From assembly GCA_964597575.1 (NCBI GenBank), contig CAZQXB010000001.1:704595-768594 (forward strand): a stretch of DNA of 64,000 nucleotides. Reading direction: 5' to 3'. Both the position numbers and the translations under genes were made by a program. Numbering within the stretch: the stretch's first letter is position 1; every line of letters begins with the position of its first letter. The stretch comes from an uncultured Gammaproteobacteria bacterium. Lineage in GTDB: Bacteria; Patescibacteriota; Patescibacteriia; Magasanikbacterales; UBA922. Under the pieces are notes generated by a model, which made no database searches, was not told the DNA's origin, and saw only the letters and a list, made by a program, of their open reading frames with translations. Of the stretch, positions 28,164 to 36,382 are shown in pieces.

Positions 28164-28763
28164 CTAGAGGGAGATGACCTCGGCGACGCTGCCGAAGGGT
28201 CCGATTCGGACGAACCGGATGTCCGCGACCTTCATGGTGTGGGGGTGGTCGGGGTACTCGCCCCTGAAACCACGCTCATCGTGGGCCAGGGTGAGGTGCG
28301 GGCGCCACTGCCCGCTGACCAGAGGATGTCCGTACTTTTGCACGTTTTCCTGCTGTTCAGGGGTCAACTCGAGCTTCTCCTCGGCCTGTCGCCCGGTCGA
28401 GATGGTCTGGTCACGAAAGTCCGCGATGGCGAGAGCCGCATGGTGCGCCCGGAAGAGGATCCTCGTCAACCTCTCGTTCCCCCTCCACATCACATCCCAG
28501 AAGAGGAACTTTTTCCCGAACTGAGCCAGTGGGCCGAGCGGGATCTCGGTGCCGGAGGCGAGCTCATGCCGACAGTCCTCGAGAATCTCGCGCGCCCGGG
28601 TAACGGACAGCCCTACCACGGACGTGTGGTACAGGGTCAGGTGGGGCAGAGGCGTCTGGAAGCGTGCCCGGTCCGCATATTGGGTGATGAGCCTCTCCAC
28701 CTCTGCCTGGGTGGCTGGGTCAGGGCGGACGACAAAGCCGTACGCTCCACTGTATGAGTTCAT
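28164..28763 (-). CDS. 2H phosphoesterase superfamily protein (LigT / 2'-5' RNA ligase-like)
   Basis: Two H-x-T-x motifs (PHLTLYH and PHLTLAH) spaced about 100 aa apart are the hallmark of the 2H family. About 63% GC with strong GC3 bias. Confidence 0.55.
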   Translation of the reverse strand: MNSYSGAYGFVVRPDPATQAEVERLITQYADRARFQTPLPHLTLYHTSVVGLSVTRAREILEDCRHELASGTEIPLGPLAQFGKKFLFWDVMWRGNERLTRILFRAHHAALAIADFRDQTISTGRQAEEKLELTPEQQENVQKYGHPLVSGQWRPHLTLAHDERGFRGEYPDHPHTMKVADIRFVRIGPFGSVAEVISL

Positions 28764-28890
28764 CTCGTGTCCTCTTTCTGCAAGCAGGATCGCTTGCGAT
28801 TTCTAATCTCTATATACCAAAAAAAAGCTTAAAAGTCAATAATTTAGCTCTCACCCTTCCACATATTCACAAGTCAAACCCTTCTTCCTC

Positions 28891-28919
28891 TTGACAAAAT
28901 ACTAATAAAATGATAAGAT
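28891..28919 (+). promoter_or_regulatory. sigma70-type promoter for gene 29002-29706
   Basis: TTGACA, a 17-nt spacer ending in TG (extended -10), then TAAGAT. The surrounding 140 bp is AT-rich inside a GC-rich island. SD GGGAGGG lies 10 nt before the ATG at 29002. Confidence 0.45.
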
Positions 28920-29001
28920 CGCCTGTCTGTGTACGTCTTTAACCTACATTAGGAAAAGATGCGATGCGCAGAAGGACAAGGCCCTAGGGAGGGCAACGAC
29001 A

Positions 29002-29706
29002 ATGAACAACAACCAGACCAACAAGACCGCCGTGCTGGTGCACGGCATGTTCCTCCAGGCCAAAGGCTGGGAGGAGAACGTCTGGGGCAACACCCAGACC
29101 GGCAAGCTCGGGCGCCTGCCCACGGCCGTGCTCATGTTCGAGAAGTACAGCGCGACCACCATGATCTTCGGCACCGGTGCCAGCATGGAGGGGGACGAGA
29201 AGGAGTCCCAGTTCACGTACCGGACGCTCATGGAGCGGTTCAACGACCTGCGCAACTTCAAGCAGTTCGAGGGCATCGACCTCGTGGCGCTGCGCGAGCG
29301 GATCTCGGCGGGCCGGGTGATCGACACCGAGACGCAGAACACCCTGCAGGAGGTGCAGGCCGCGGCGCGGGCCTGCAACGAGCGCGGGAACACCGACCTG
29401 ATCCAGGTCTCGTCCCCGAGCCACCTCCCCCGCTGCATCCGCGATGGGGTGAAGGCGCTCCAGGCGGCGGAGTTCGCCGGCAAGAAGCCGACGCTCCTCG
29501 CCACCGCGAGCGAGGTCTACTACAGCGGCGCGACCGACGACGACACGCTCATCGTCGAGTACCCCCACCGGGCCGACAGCCCGGCCGAGTACTACGCCCT
29601 GCACGCGGTGCTGAAGCGGCTCATGCCCGCGTTCTACCCCGCCAAGGTCACGGCCGAGGTGCGGAACCGCATCATCGCCGGCATCGACAAGGTCCTCCAG
29701 GGCTGA
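29002..29706 (+). CDS. hypothetical protein, possibly DUF218/YdcF-like (extreme high-GC gene)
   Basis: 234 aa. This is the only frame with normal amino-acid composition; the overlapping long frames are Arg/Gly/Pro-rich artefacts. GC3 is near 95%. There is weak resemblance to YdcF/DUF218 (VLVHGM..., MIFGTGAS, VSSPSHLPRC). Confidence 0.5.
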   Translation: MNNNQTNKTAVLVHGMFLQAKGWEENVWGNTQTGKLGRLPTAVLMFEKYSATTMIFGTGASMEGDEKESQFTYRTLMERFNDLRNFKQFEGIDLVALRERISAGRVIDTETQNTLQEVQAAARACNERGNTDLIQVSSPSHLPRCIRDGVKALQAAEFAGKKPTLLATASEVYYSGATDDDTLIVEYPHRADSPAEYYALHAVLKRLMPAFYPAKVTAEVRNRIIAGIDKVLQG

Positions 29707-29942
29707 TCGCACCTGCCCGCAACCTCTTCCCGTTCTCTACTATCGAGAGCGACGTGAGGTCCCACCTACCGGGCATTCGCCCACCGTCCCTCCATCGACC
29801 ACGTCGGTGCGAGGGACTCTTTTTTTACAAAAAGTATCCACCGAGGTGGATTTTTTGATATTGACAAATACGCGAAAATGTGGTATATTACCTTGCTTCT
29901 GTGATTGAAGATAACCTATTTAACCGTCCTAGGAGGGACATC

Positions 29943-30407
29943 ATGGAAGACGTAGCGTACCAACTTGTCGGCATCTTCACTGGGCTATTCAAGGAGCCGA
30001 TAATCTTGATCATCATCCTTGGGCCCGCACTTGTGATCGCGACCTACTACATCATCGAGGCGATGAGTGGGGAAGACCTCCCGACCAACCACATGATACC
30101 TCGTGTGGGAGGAAAGAAGGGGGCGGGCACGTCTGACGACAACGGGAATCCTGATCACGACCTGTATGCCTCCGACCGCCCCGGAGGGGGACCCGACCAC
30201 GTCGGTGCCATGATCGCCAGTGTCCATGCTGCTGAAGCCGCCGAACAGAGTGGCGATGGCGATGGAAACAACGAAGGCGGCGCGCTCATGCCGCTGTTCG
30301 ACATGTACAACGAGCGCAACGCAGATGGAACACGCGCCTTTGACCTCGACACCGACGGCGACGGCATCCCGAACGCGGTCGACGATCGGCCGAACGATCC
30401 GTTCTAG
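29943..30407 (+). CDS. small membrane-anchored protein with a C-terminal TSP3-like Ca-binding repeat
   Basis: Start set at MEDVAYQLVG. TM helix IILIIILGPALVIATYYII. C-terminal DLDTDGDGIPNAVDDRPNDPF. Confidence 0.4.
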   Translation: MEDVAYQLVGIFTGLFKEPIILIIILGPALVIATYYIIEAMSGEDLPTNHMIPRVGGKKGAGTSDDNGNPDHDLYASDRPGGGPDHVGAMIASVHAAEAAEQSGDGDGNNEGGALMPLFDMYNERNADGTRAFDLDTDGDGIPNAVDDRPNDPF

Positions 30408-30412
30408 AAAAA

Positions 30413-30455
30413 CCCCCGCATAACCACAGTGTTATGACGGGGGTGCATTTATTTT
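30413..30455. terminator. bidirectional intrinsic terminator
   Basis: Stem CCCCCGCATAAC/GTTATGACGGGGG (one mismatch) followed by TGCATTTATTTTAG. It sits between convergent genes ending at 30407 (+) and 30466 (-). Confidence 0.55.
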
Positions 30456-30465
30456 AGAAATCTTT

Positions 30466-30819
30466 TTATTCTTCTGGAATATATTCTTTGGTATCGCGAA
30501 TCGCTTCTTTATCTTTCGCACGCATCTTTTCTTTCATTTTTTCGAGTTCCAACTTTAACTGACCATGCACCATGTCAATCGCAGCATATAAGTCACCCGC
30601 ATCTTTTTCGACACGCACTAAATCATGATGTGGTACCTGCAGGTTAACCTCAGCATAAAAAATTTCCCCTTTGTGGTGATGCCCGCTTCGAAGCCCCACA
30701 TCAATGTCGGCCGAAATAATATGATCAAAAAACTTTTCAAGCGATTGTACTTTTTCTTCCGCGTATACCTTAATTGCCTCCGTAAGTTCCATGCCCGTAC
30801 CACGAATGGTCGTATTCAT
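30466..30819 (-). CDS. hpf: ribosome hibernation promoting factor / RaiA family
   Basis: MNTTIRGTGMELTEAIKVYAEEKV...HHHKGEIFYAEVNLQVPHHDLV is the YfiA/HPF fold signature. Start set at MNTTIRG. Confidence 0.8.
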   Translation of the reverse strand: MNTTIRGTGMELTEAIKVYAEEKVQSLEKFFDHIISADIDVGLRSGHHHKGEIFYAEVNLQVPHHDLVRVEKDAGDLYAAIDMVHGQLKLELEKMKEKMRAKDKEAIRDTKEYIPEE

Positions 30820-30823
30820 ACAA

Positions 30824-31774
30824 TTAAATAATTTGGACCTCTTCAACGAGGGTAACTCCAAAGGTATCGTACACGTTCTGCTTTACCTTATCAATGAGTA
30901 TTAAAATTTCTTCAGCCGTAGCCCCGCCTGAATTTAAAATAAAATTTCCGTGCTTTTCACTCACAATAGCTTTTCCTTCTGTCATCCCTTTGGCTCCCGA
31001 TTTTTCAATAAGCCAACCCGCTGACACCAGCCCCTTTTCTTTAAATTCCGGTAAAAGTTCTGGGGCACCTTCTGGAATTTTCGTGCATTCTTCTACAGAA
31101 ACATTTTTGAAAATACACCCGGTCGAAAATCCTTGCGGCTGCGTTCGAATCCGAAACGCCACATAGTCCAAAGCCTTCTTGCGGGCATCACTATTCGAAC
31201 CCGATTGAAGTGCGAGTGTTACCCGAAGAACAACAGCAGACGATGTTTTGAATACGCTATGACGATAATGAAAATCGCAAGCACTTTTTTCATACTGAAC
31301 GACTTCTCCACGATCATACACCATCACACTTTCAACCGACCCGCTCATTTCACTCCCGACCGCTCCGGCATTTCCCCGCACCGCCCCACCAATCGTCCCA
31401 GGAACCCCGACCCCCCACTCAAAACCGGTTAGGCCTGCCTTTATACTCTCATCGGCCACCGCTGCAGTAACACAACCCGCGTCAGCGTACACTTTTGTGC
31501 CTTCAATCGTTATCGCCTGTGCGGCAATTTTGAGAGCCACACCAGAAAAACCAGCATCTCGAACAAGCATATTACTTCCCCCACCGAGAAGAAAAAAAGG
31601 GATACCCTCAGCTTCTAGGTATTGAAGTGCTTCGACTGCTTTTTCCACGGTGGTAACCACAAGAAGAACATCAACCGGACCACCAATTTTAAAGGTAGTG
31701 TACTTTGCGAGAGGTTCGTTCACGCGAACCTTCCCAAAGGTTTTTAGTATGGCGACTTGATCGAGTGAAATCAT
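30824..31774 (-). CDS. murB: UDP-N-acetylenolpyruvoylglucosamine reductase
   Basis: FAD-binding TTFKIGGP...LLGGGSNML, catalytic Ser region, and C-terminal MurB domain. Confidence 0.9.
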   Translation of the reverse strand: MISLDQVAILKTFGKVRVNEPLAKYTTFKIGGPVDVLLVVTTVEKAVEALQYLEAEGIPFFLLGGGSNMLVRDAGFSGVALKIAAQAITIEGTKVYADAGCVTAAVADESIKAGLTGFEWGVGVPGTIGGAVRGNAGAVGSEMSGSVESVMVYDRGEVVQYEKSACDFHYRHSVFKTSSAVVLRVTLALQSGSNSDARKKALDYVAFRIRTQPQGFSTGCIFKNVSVEECTKIPEGAPELLPEFKEKGLVSAGWLIEKSGAKGMTEGKAIVSEKHGNFILNSGGATAEEILILIDKVKQNVYDTFGVTLVEEVQII

Positions 31775-31799
31775 AGAAAAGATATGCTTGCCTTATCGT

Positions 31800-33047
31800 A
31801 TGGTTGTCAGTATACTATTCTCTACTATGCTTGGCGAAATTCTACCCAAAAACCCCGTAGCTTACATCACCCGCGACCTTGAGCGGGCACTTGGGATTCC
31901 CAAAACAAACGGGTTCTTCATTATGACAAATGAAACCCCTTTTGTGAAGAGAGCACGCCAAGAACGTTCCGATATTCACACCATACCAAGTGGGACTCTT
32001 TTAGATACTCATGAAATTCTGGCTCACCACCAAACACAGGAATTTTTGAACACAAATGGTATTCGGCATATTATTGTTTTCAAAACAACCACTGCTATTG
32101 AACGAATCGCAAAGGAACAGGGGTTAACTGTTTTAAACCCGCCAGCTGCACTTGCCAATTCCATTGAAGAAAAAATTACTCAGCTTTCCCTCTTACCGGA
32201 AATTCGAGATCTCTTTCTCCCATTTCAAGTCTCCCTTCTTAAGGAGGTCGCTTTTCAAGGCACTCCTTTTGTTTTGCAATTCAACCATTCTCATACCGGA
32301 AGTGGAACAAAATATATTGATTCTGAAAAAACCTTACAGGAACTTCAAACTCAATTTCCCGATCGTCCGGTTCGCACGGCACCGTTTATTCGTGGTCCTC
32401 TGTTCACCAATAATACGGTTGTGACGAAAGAAAAAATTCTCACGGGAAATATCAACTATCAAATCACTGGTCTTGCCCCATTTACCCATAATCGCTTTGC
32501 CACAATTGGAAACGACTGGGCTCTGCCATACACCCTTCTCACAAACGAACAAAAAAAGAACTATGAAAACATTGCCGTGCGGGTCGGTGAAGTTCTTCAA
32601 GCACTCGGCTGGCGCGGGCTATTTGGCATTGATGTCCTCTTCGACGAAACCACAAACAAATTTTGGCTTCTCGAAATCAACGCCCGCCAACCTGCTTCAG
32701 CAACGTATGAATCACACCTCCAAAAGAAGGCGGGGCCGGGCATGACCACAATGGAGGCCCACCTCTTGGCACTTCTTAATACATCAGTTGAGGGCCCGCT
32801 TCAATCTATTTTAGGCGGGGCTCAAATTACCCAAAAAATTGTAGGAAAAATACCTCATTCTGAAATACAAGAAAAAATAGAGAAAGAATTAGAATCACAG
32901 GGCTACGCTGTCACCCCCTACTCGAACACAGAGCGAGAGCAAGATTGGTTACGCATACAGCACGATGACGGCGGGTTTATGCAAATGCATAACACACTGA
33001 ACGCCCAAGCCAACAAATTAAAAACAACTCTTGAAGCGATTTTATGA
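31800..33047 (+). CDS. ATP-grasp superfamily ligase of unknown specificity
   Basis: The C-terminal half carries the ATP-grasp core GWRGLFGIDVLFDETTNKFWLLEINARQPAS (Mg/ATP-binding E-x-N). Start chosen at the first ATG (MVVSILF); the track ORF begins at a TTG 12 nt upstream. Confidence 0.65.
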   Translation: MVVSILFSTMLGEILPKNPVAYITRDLERALGIPKTNGFFIMTNETPFVKRARQERSDIHTIPSGTLLDTHEILAHHQTQEFLNTNGIRHIIVFKTTTAIERIAKEQGLTVLNPPAALANSIEEKITQLSLLPEIRDLFLPFQVSLLKEVAFQGTPFVLQFNHSHTGSGTKYIDSEKTLQELQTQFPDRPVRTAPFIRGPLFTNNTVVTKEKILTGNINYQITGLAPFTHNRFATIGNDWALPYTLLTNEQKKNYENIAVRVGEVLQALGWRGLFGIDVLFDETTNKFWLLEINARQPASATYESHLQKKAGPGMTTMEAHLLALLNTSVEGPLQSILGGAQITQKIVGKIPHSEIQEKIEKELESQGYAVTPYSNTEREQDWLRIQHDDGGFMQMHNTLNAQANKLKTTLEAIL

Positions 33048-33814
33048 GCACTCTTCACGAAGAAACAAAACAAATGATTCGCGCGTATGCCAATTTGGCC
33101 ATTGGTCAAGTACATGTTCGCACTCCCTACATGAATAATCGCCGTCTTGGGCTTCGGGGAGCGCTTGGAGTTCTTGTAGGCAAAGGAACGCCTACTGAAA
33201 TTGAAGAAGAGGTCGTCATCATGGCACTGAAAGAGCATATAAACTTGAATGACCTCACTCCAGAACTTGCCACACGTTTTTTAATTGATCACAAACTGGG
33301 CGTTGACTGCTCGGGATACGCATTTCATCTTTTGGAAACAGAACTCTACGCACGTCATAAAAAAAAGCTCTCGCACGTCATCCATTTACCACTCATTAAA
33401 AATCCGTTTCGAAGAATTTTTGCCAAAATGCAATGCGTGAAAAATGTAGGCGTACGAACACTTGCACACGCTAAAAATAGTGCCCCTGTCCTTCTCAAAA
33501 ACATTCAGGCGGGAGACATGATTGTAGCACTTCAGATTAAGAAAGATCCGGCACGCCACCACCTTCTTCTTGTAACCGACGTCGTCGCTGACAACTATAT
33601 TACTGAAATCCGCTATACCCACAGCCCAGAATGGACCATCGGGGGCCAATATGGCCACGGGGTCCGAAGTGGCCTTATTCGAGTTACGAACCTCGAAAAA
33701 CCACTCTTAGCTCAAATTTGGGAAGAAGGCGGTATGACTGTCGAAGAAAATGGCACCTATCTTGAATACGCTTCGGCTGAAACCATCGATATCCGCAGGT
33801 TAAACTGCCTCTAA
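33044..33814 (+). CDS. putative papain-fold Cys peptidase/amidase (NlpC/P60- or CHAP-like)
   Basis: GVDCSGYAFHLL matches the NlpC/P60 catalytic-Cys motif (DCSG), with downstream His candidates (HHLLLV, HSPEW). The ATGA overlaps the ATP-grasp stop, suggesting translational coupling. Confidence 0.45.
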   Translation: MSTLHEETKQMIRAYANLAIGQVHVRTPYMNNRRLGLRGALGVLVGKGTPTEIEEEVVIMALKEHINLNDLTPELATRFLIDHKLGVDCSGYAFHLLETELYARHKKKLSHVIHLPLIKNPFRRIFAKMQCVKNVGVRTLAHAKNSAPVLLKNIQAGDMIVALQIKKDPARHHLLLVTDVVADNYITEIRYTHSPEWTIGGQYGHGVRSGLIRVTNLEKPLLAQIWEEGGMTVEENGTYLEYASAETIDIRRLNCL

Positions 33815-33884
33815 CCCTTACCCTGGCCATTTCGCATAAATAGTTGTAAAAACTGCTCTTTTTTGATAGGCTTCTTCTAGGTCT

Positions 33885-35015
33885 ATGATTATCCCTCTCG
33901 AGAGCATTGAACTGCTTCGAACAATTTTTGTGTACGCCCTCCTCTCGGGGGTTGTTGCGTTTGCTTGGGCACCGCTTCTCATAAAGCTCCTCTATAAGTA
34001 CAACATTACCCGAAATAACCCCTACGATGCGACGCTCGCCATTGAAGCGCGAAAATCAAAAGCAGGGGTACCGATCATGGGAGGACTCCTTATTATTGTA
34101 ACGGTTGCCCTCGTAACTGTTTTTTTTAACTGGGAAAGAAAATTTACCTGGATGCCTATTTCGGTCATGCTTCTCTCCGCACTCCTTGGTGGAGTTGATG
34201 ACCTTCTGAACATATTCGGGGAACGGCGAAGAAACAGAAAACTCTCGCACATTATCCGACTGATCCGTGTTCACAAAGACTGGAAAGAGCGCGCCTGGCT
34301 CACCCTCACCCTTCCTTGGGCAATATTTAAACGCGCCAGCCTTTGGCTTGGGTCAAACCCGGGTCGAGGGCTCCATGTACACGAACGCCTCATTCTCCAA
34401 TTTACGGCTGGAGCTATTACCGCCTGGTGGATTTTTTTTAAACTTGCAGAAAGCTGGCGCACCATTCACATTCCTTTTGACGGATACATCAATATTGGTT
34501 TTTGGATCATTCCCCTTATTATCTTTTTCGTTGTCGCTACCGCTAATGCCGTCAACTTTTCTGACGGCATGGATGGACTCGTGGGAGGGTCTCTTCTCAT
34601 TACGTTTTCCGCACTTACCCTACTTGCCTGGATTGAAGGGTATTCCTCGATTGCATATATGAACGCAACGACGGTTGGCGCGCTCATTGCCTATACCTAT
34701 TTCAATATCAAACCAGCACGCTTCCAAATGGGTGATGTAGGGTCGCTTGGGCTTGGGGCACTGCTCGCGGTAAATACGATGGTTATGAACCACATGATTC
34801 TTCTTCCACTGTTTGGTTTTATTTTTTATATTGAACTGGGAAGCGTTCTTATTCAGGTGTTTGGTCGCCACATTCTTGCACGTCGTATTTTCCGCATGGC
34901 GCCGATTCACCACCATTTTGAACTCCGCGGTTGGAGCGAAGAAAAAGTGGTCATGCGTTTTTGGGTCATCCACGCCGCCTTTGTTCTCCTCGGCATGTGG
35001 ATTGCCCTCTACTAG
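33885..35015 (+). CDS. mraY: phospho-N-acetylmuramoyl-pentapeptide transferase
   Basis: NAVNFSDGMDGL, DVGSLGLGA and PIHHHFE motifs with 10 TM helices. Confidence 0.9.
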   Translation: MIIPLESIELLRTIFVYALLSGVVAFAWAPLLIKLLYKYNITRNNPYDATLAIEARKSKAGVPIMGGLLIIVTVALVTVFFNWERKFTWMPISVMLLSALLGGVDDLLNIFGERRRNRKLSHIIRLIRVHKDWKERAWLTLTLPWAIFKRASLWLGSNPGRGLHVHERLILQFTAGAITAWWIFFKLAESWRTIHIPFDGYINIGFWIIPLIIFFVVATANAVNFSDGMDGLVGGSLLITFSALTLLAWIEGYSSIAYMNATTVGALIAYTYFNIKPARFQMGDVGSLGLGALLAVNTMVMNHMILLPLFGFIFYIELGSVLIQVFGRHILARRIFRMAPIHHHFELRGWSEEKVVMRFWVIHAAFVLLGMWIALY

Positions 35016-35019
35016 ACGT

Positions 35020-35664
35020 ATGTATCTTTCCTGGGGTGAAAAAAACGTCGACACCGCAAACCTGGCAGATATAAACACAGCCTATGCTTCTGGGTATGTC
35101 GCAACTCGTGTTGAACGGGGCACGTTCCAACAAACACGAAGTCTCCGTATTGATTTAAGCGTATTTGAGCTCTCAAGCGAGAACCGCCGAGTGCTGAAAA
35201 AAACCGAAGCGCTGACAATGGAAACACTTCCTCTCCCCCTCTCCGACTACCACTGGTCTATTGGTAAACTTGGAAAAGATTTTTATAGCGAAAAGTTTGG
35301 TGACGGCACGTTTAGTGCAAATAAAATAAAAGAGCTTCTGACCGATAAAGAAAAAAGTAATTTTAATCGCGTGCTTCGTTTTTCTTTAGACGGGAGAGTT
35401 GTCGGTTACACCATTTGTTTAGAAACGAACGAGATGGTCCATTACTCATACCCTTTTTACGATCTTTCTCTACAAGTACCGAACCTGGGCCTTGGCATGA
35501 TGCTCCGAGCCATTGCACGTGCGAAGGAGACAGGGAAAAAATATATTTATTTAGGCTCATTCCAACGCCCAACAGATACTTACAAACTTCAATTCGAGGG
35601 ATTAGAATGGTTTGACGGGAAGGAGTGGCAAAAGGATCCTTCACCTCTCAAACAACTTGTTTAA
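35020..35664 (+). CDS. ATE/Bpt-family (arginyl/leucyl-tRNA-protein transferase-like) aminoacyl-tRNA-dependent transferase
   Basis: The C-terminal block LGLGMMLRAIARAKETGKKYIYLGSFQRPTDTYKLQFEGLEW matches the ATE_C consensus (LG...L..I..AK..G..Y.YLGY.I.....M.YK..F.P.E). Starts 5 nt after the mraY stop. Confidence 0.5.
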   Translation: MYLSWGEKNVDTANLADINTAYASGYVATRVERGTFQQTRSLRIDLSVFELSSENRRVLKKTEALTMETLPLPLSDYHWSIGKLGKDFYSEKFGDGTFSANKIKELLTDKEKSNFNRVLRFSLDGRVVGYTICLETNEMVHYSYPFYDLSLQVPNLGLGMMLRAIARAKETGKKYIYLGSFQRPTDTYKLQFEGLEWFDGKEWQKDPSPLKQLV

Positions 35665-35668
35665 AAAT

Positions 35669-36355
35669 ATGCCGCAAACGAATGCTTGGGAAAAAGAATA
35701 TAAAAATAGTCAACTTTTGCATTTTCATCCAGAACCACAAAAGGATACGCTTCGTTTTTTAAAATATCTTAAAAAAGAACACGATTTTCGCCTAGACGGA
35801 AAAACGGTCCTTGATCTGGGATCTGGCACCGGCCGAAACGCAAATCACATGGCGAGCCTTGGTGCCGCTGCAACTGGCATTGAAATCTCACCAACAGCGA
35901 TTCTTATTGCAGAAGAAGCGGCACGAGAAAAAGGAGTGCGAGTAAAATATATTCGTCAAAGCATGGGGGAATCGTACCCTTTTCCTGATGCGTCATTTGA
36001 TCTCATCATCGATGTCGTGTCCTCAAACTCCCTCACCGAAAAAGAACGCGGAACCTATCTCGAAGAAGCAAGCCGAGTACTCAAACCCGGAGGCTTCATG
36101 TTTGTAAAAGCTTTAGCACTCGATGGAGACAAAAATGCCAAAACACTTCTTCAAGATTCCCCTGGACCAGAAAAAGATACCTATATTATGAAAGAGCTTG
36201 GATTGACTGAGCGTGTATTTCGTCGTGAAGACCTATTATCACTCTACGGGAAATACTTTACCGTTCTCGACCTTGAAAAAAAGGAGAGCTATCCGTGCAT
36301 GAATGGAAAAAGTTATAAACGACAATTTTGGCTTCTTGCCTTACAAAAGACGTAG
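35669..36355 (+). CDS. class I SAM-dependent methyltransferase
   Basis: Motif I VLDLGSGTGRN and post-I acidic residue. 229 aa. Starts 5 nt after the previous stop. Confidence 0.7.
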   Translation: MPQTNAWEKEYKNSQLLHFHPEPQKDTLRFLKYLKKEHDFRLDGKTVLDLGSGTGRNANHMASLGAAATGIEISPTAILIAEEAAREKGVRVKYIRQSMGESYPFPDASFDLIIDVVSSNSLTEKERGTYLEEASRVLKPGGFMFVKALALDGDKNAKTLLQDSPGPEKDTYIMKELGLTERVFRREDLLSLYGKYFTVLDLEKKESYPCMNGKSYKRQFWLLALQKT

Positions 36356-36382
36356 GCCTTCCAAAAGCACCTTTCCTATCCT

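Noticed and set aside
28110-28757. 215-aa plus-strand ORF opposite the 2H phosphoesterase gene
   Set aside because: Antisense shadow ORF in GC-rich DNA. The minus-strand frame carries the twin H-x-T-x motifs.
28959-29858. 299-aa (+) and 242-aa (-, 28984-29712) ORFs overlapping gene 29002-29706
   Set aside because: These are typical shadow frames of a very high-GC gene (Arg/Gly/Pro/Ala-rich, no hydrophobic core). Only the 29002 frame has normal composition and GC3 bias.
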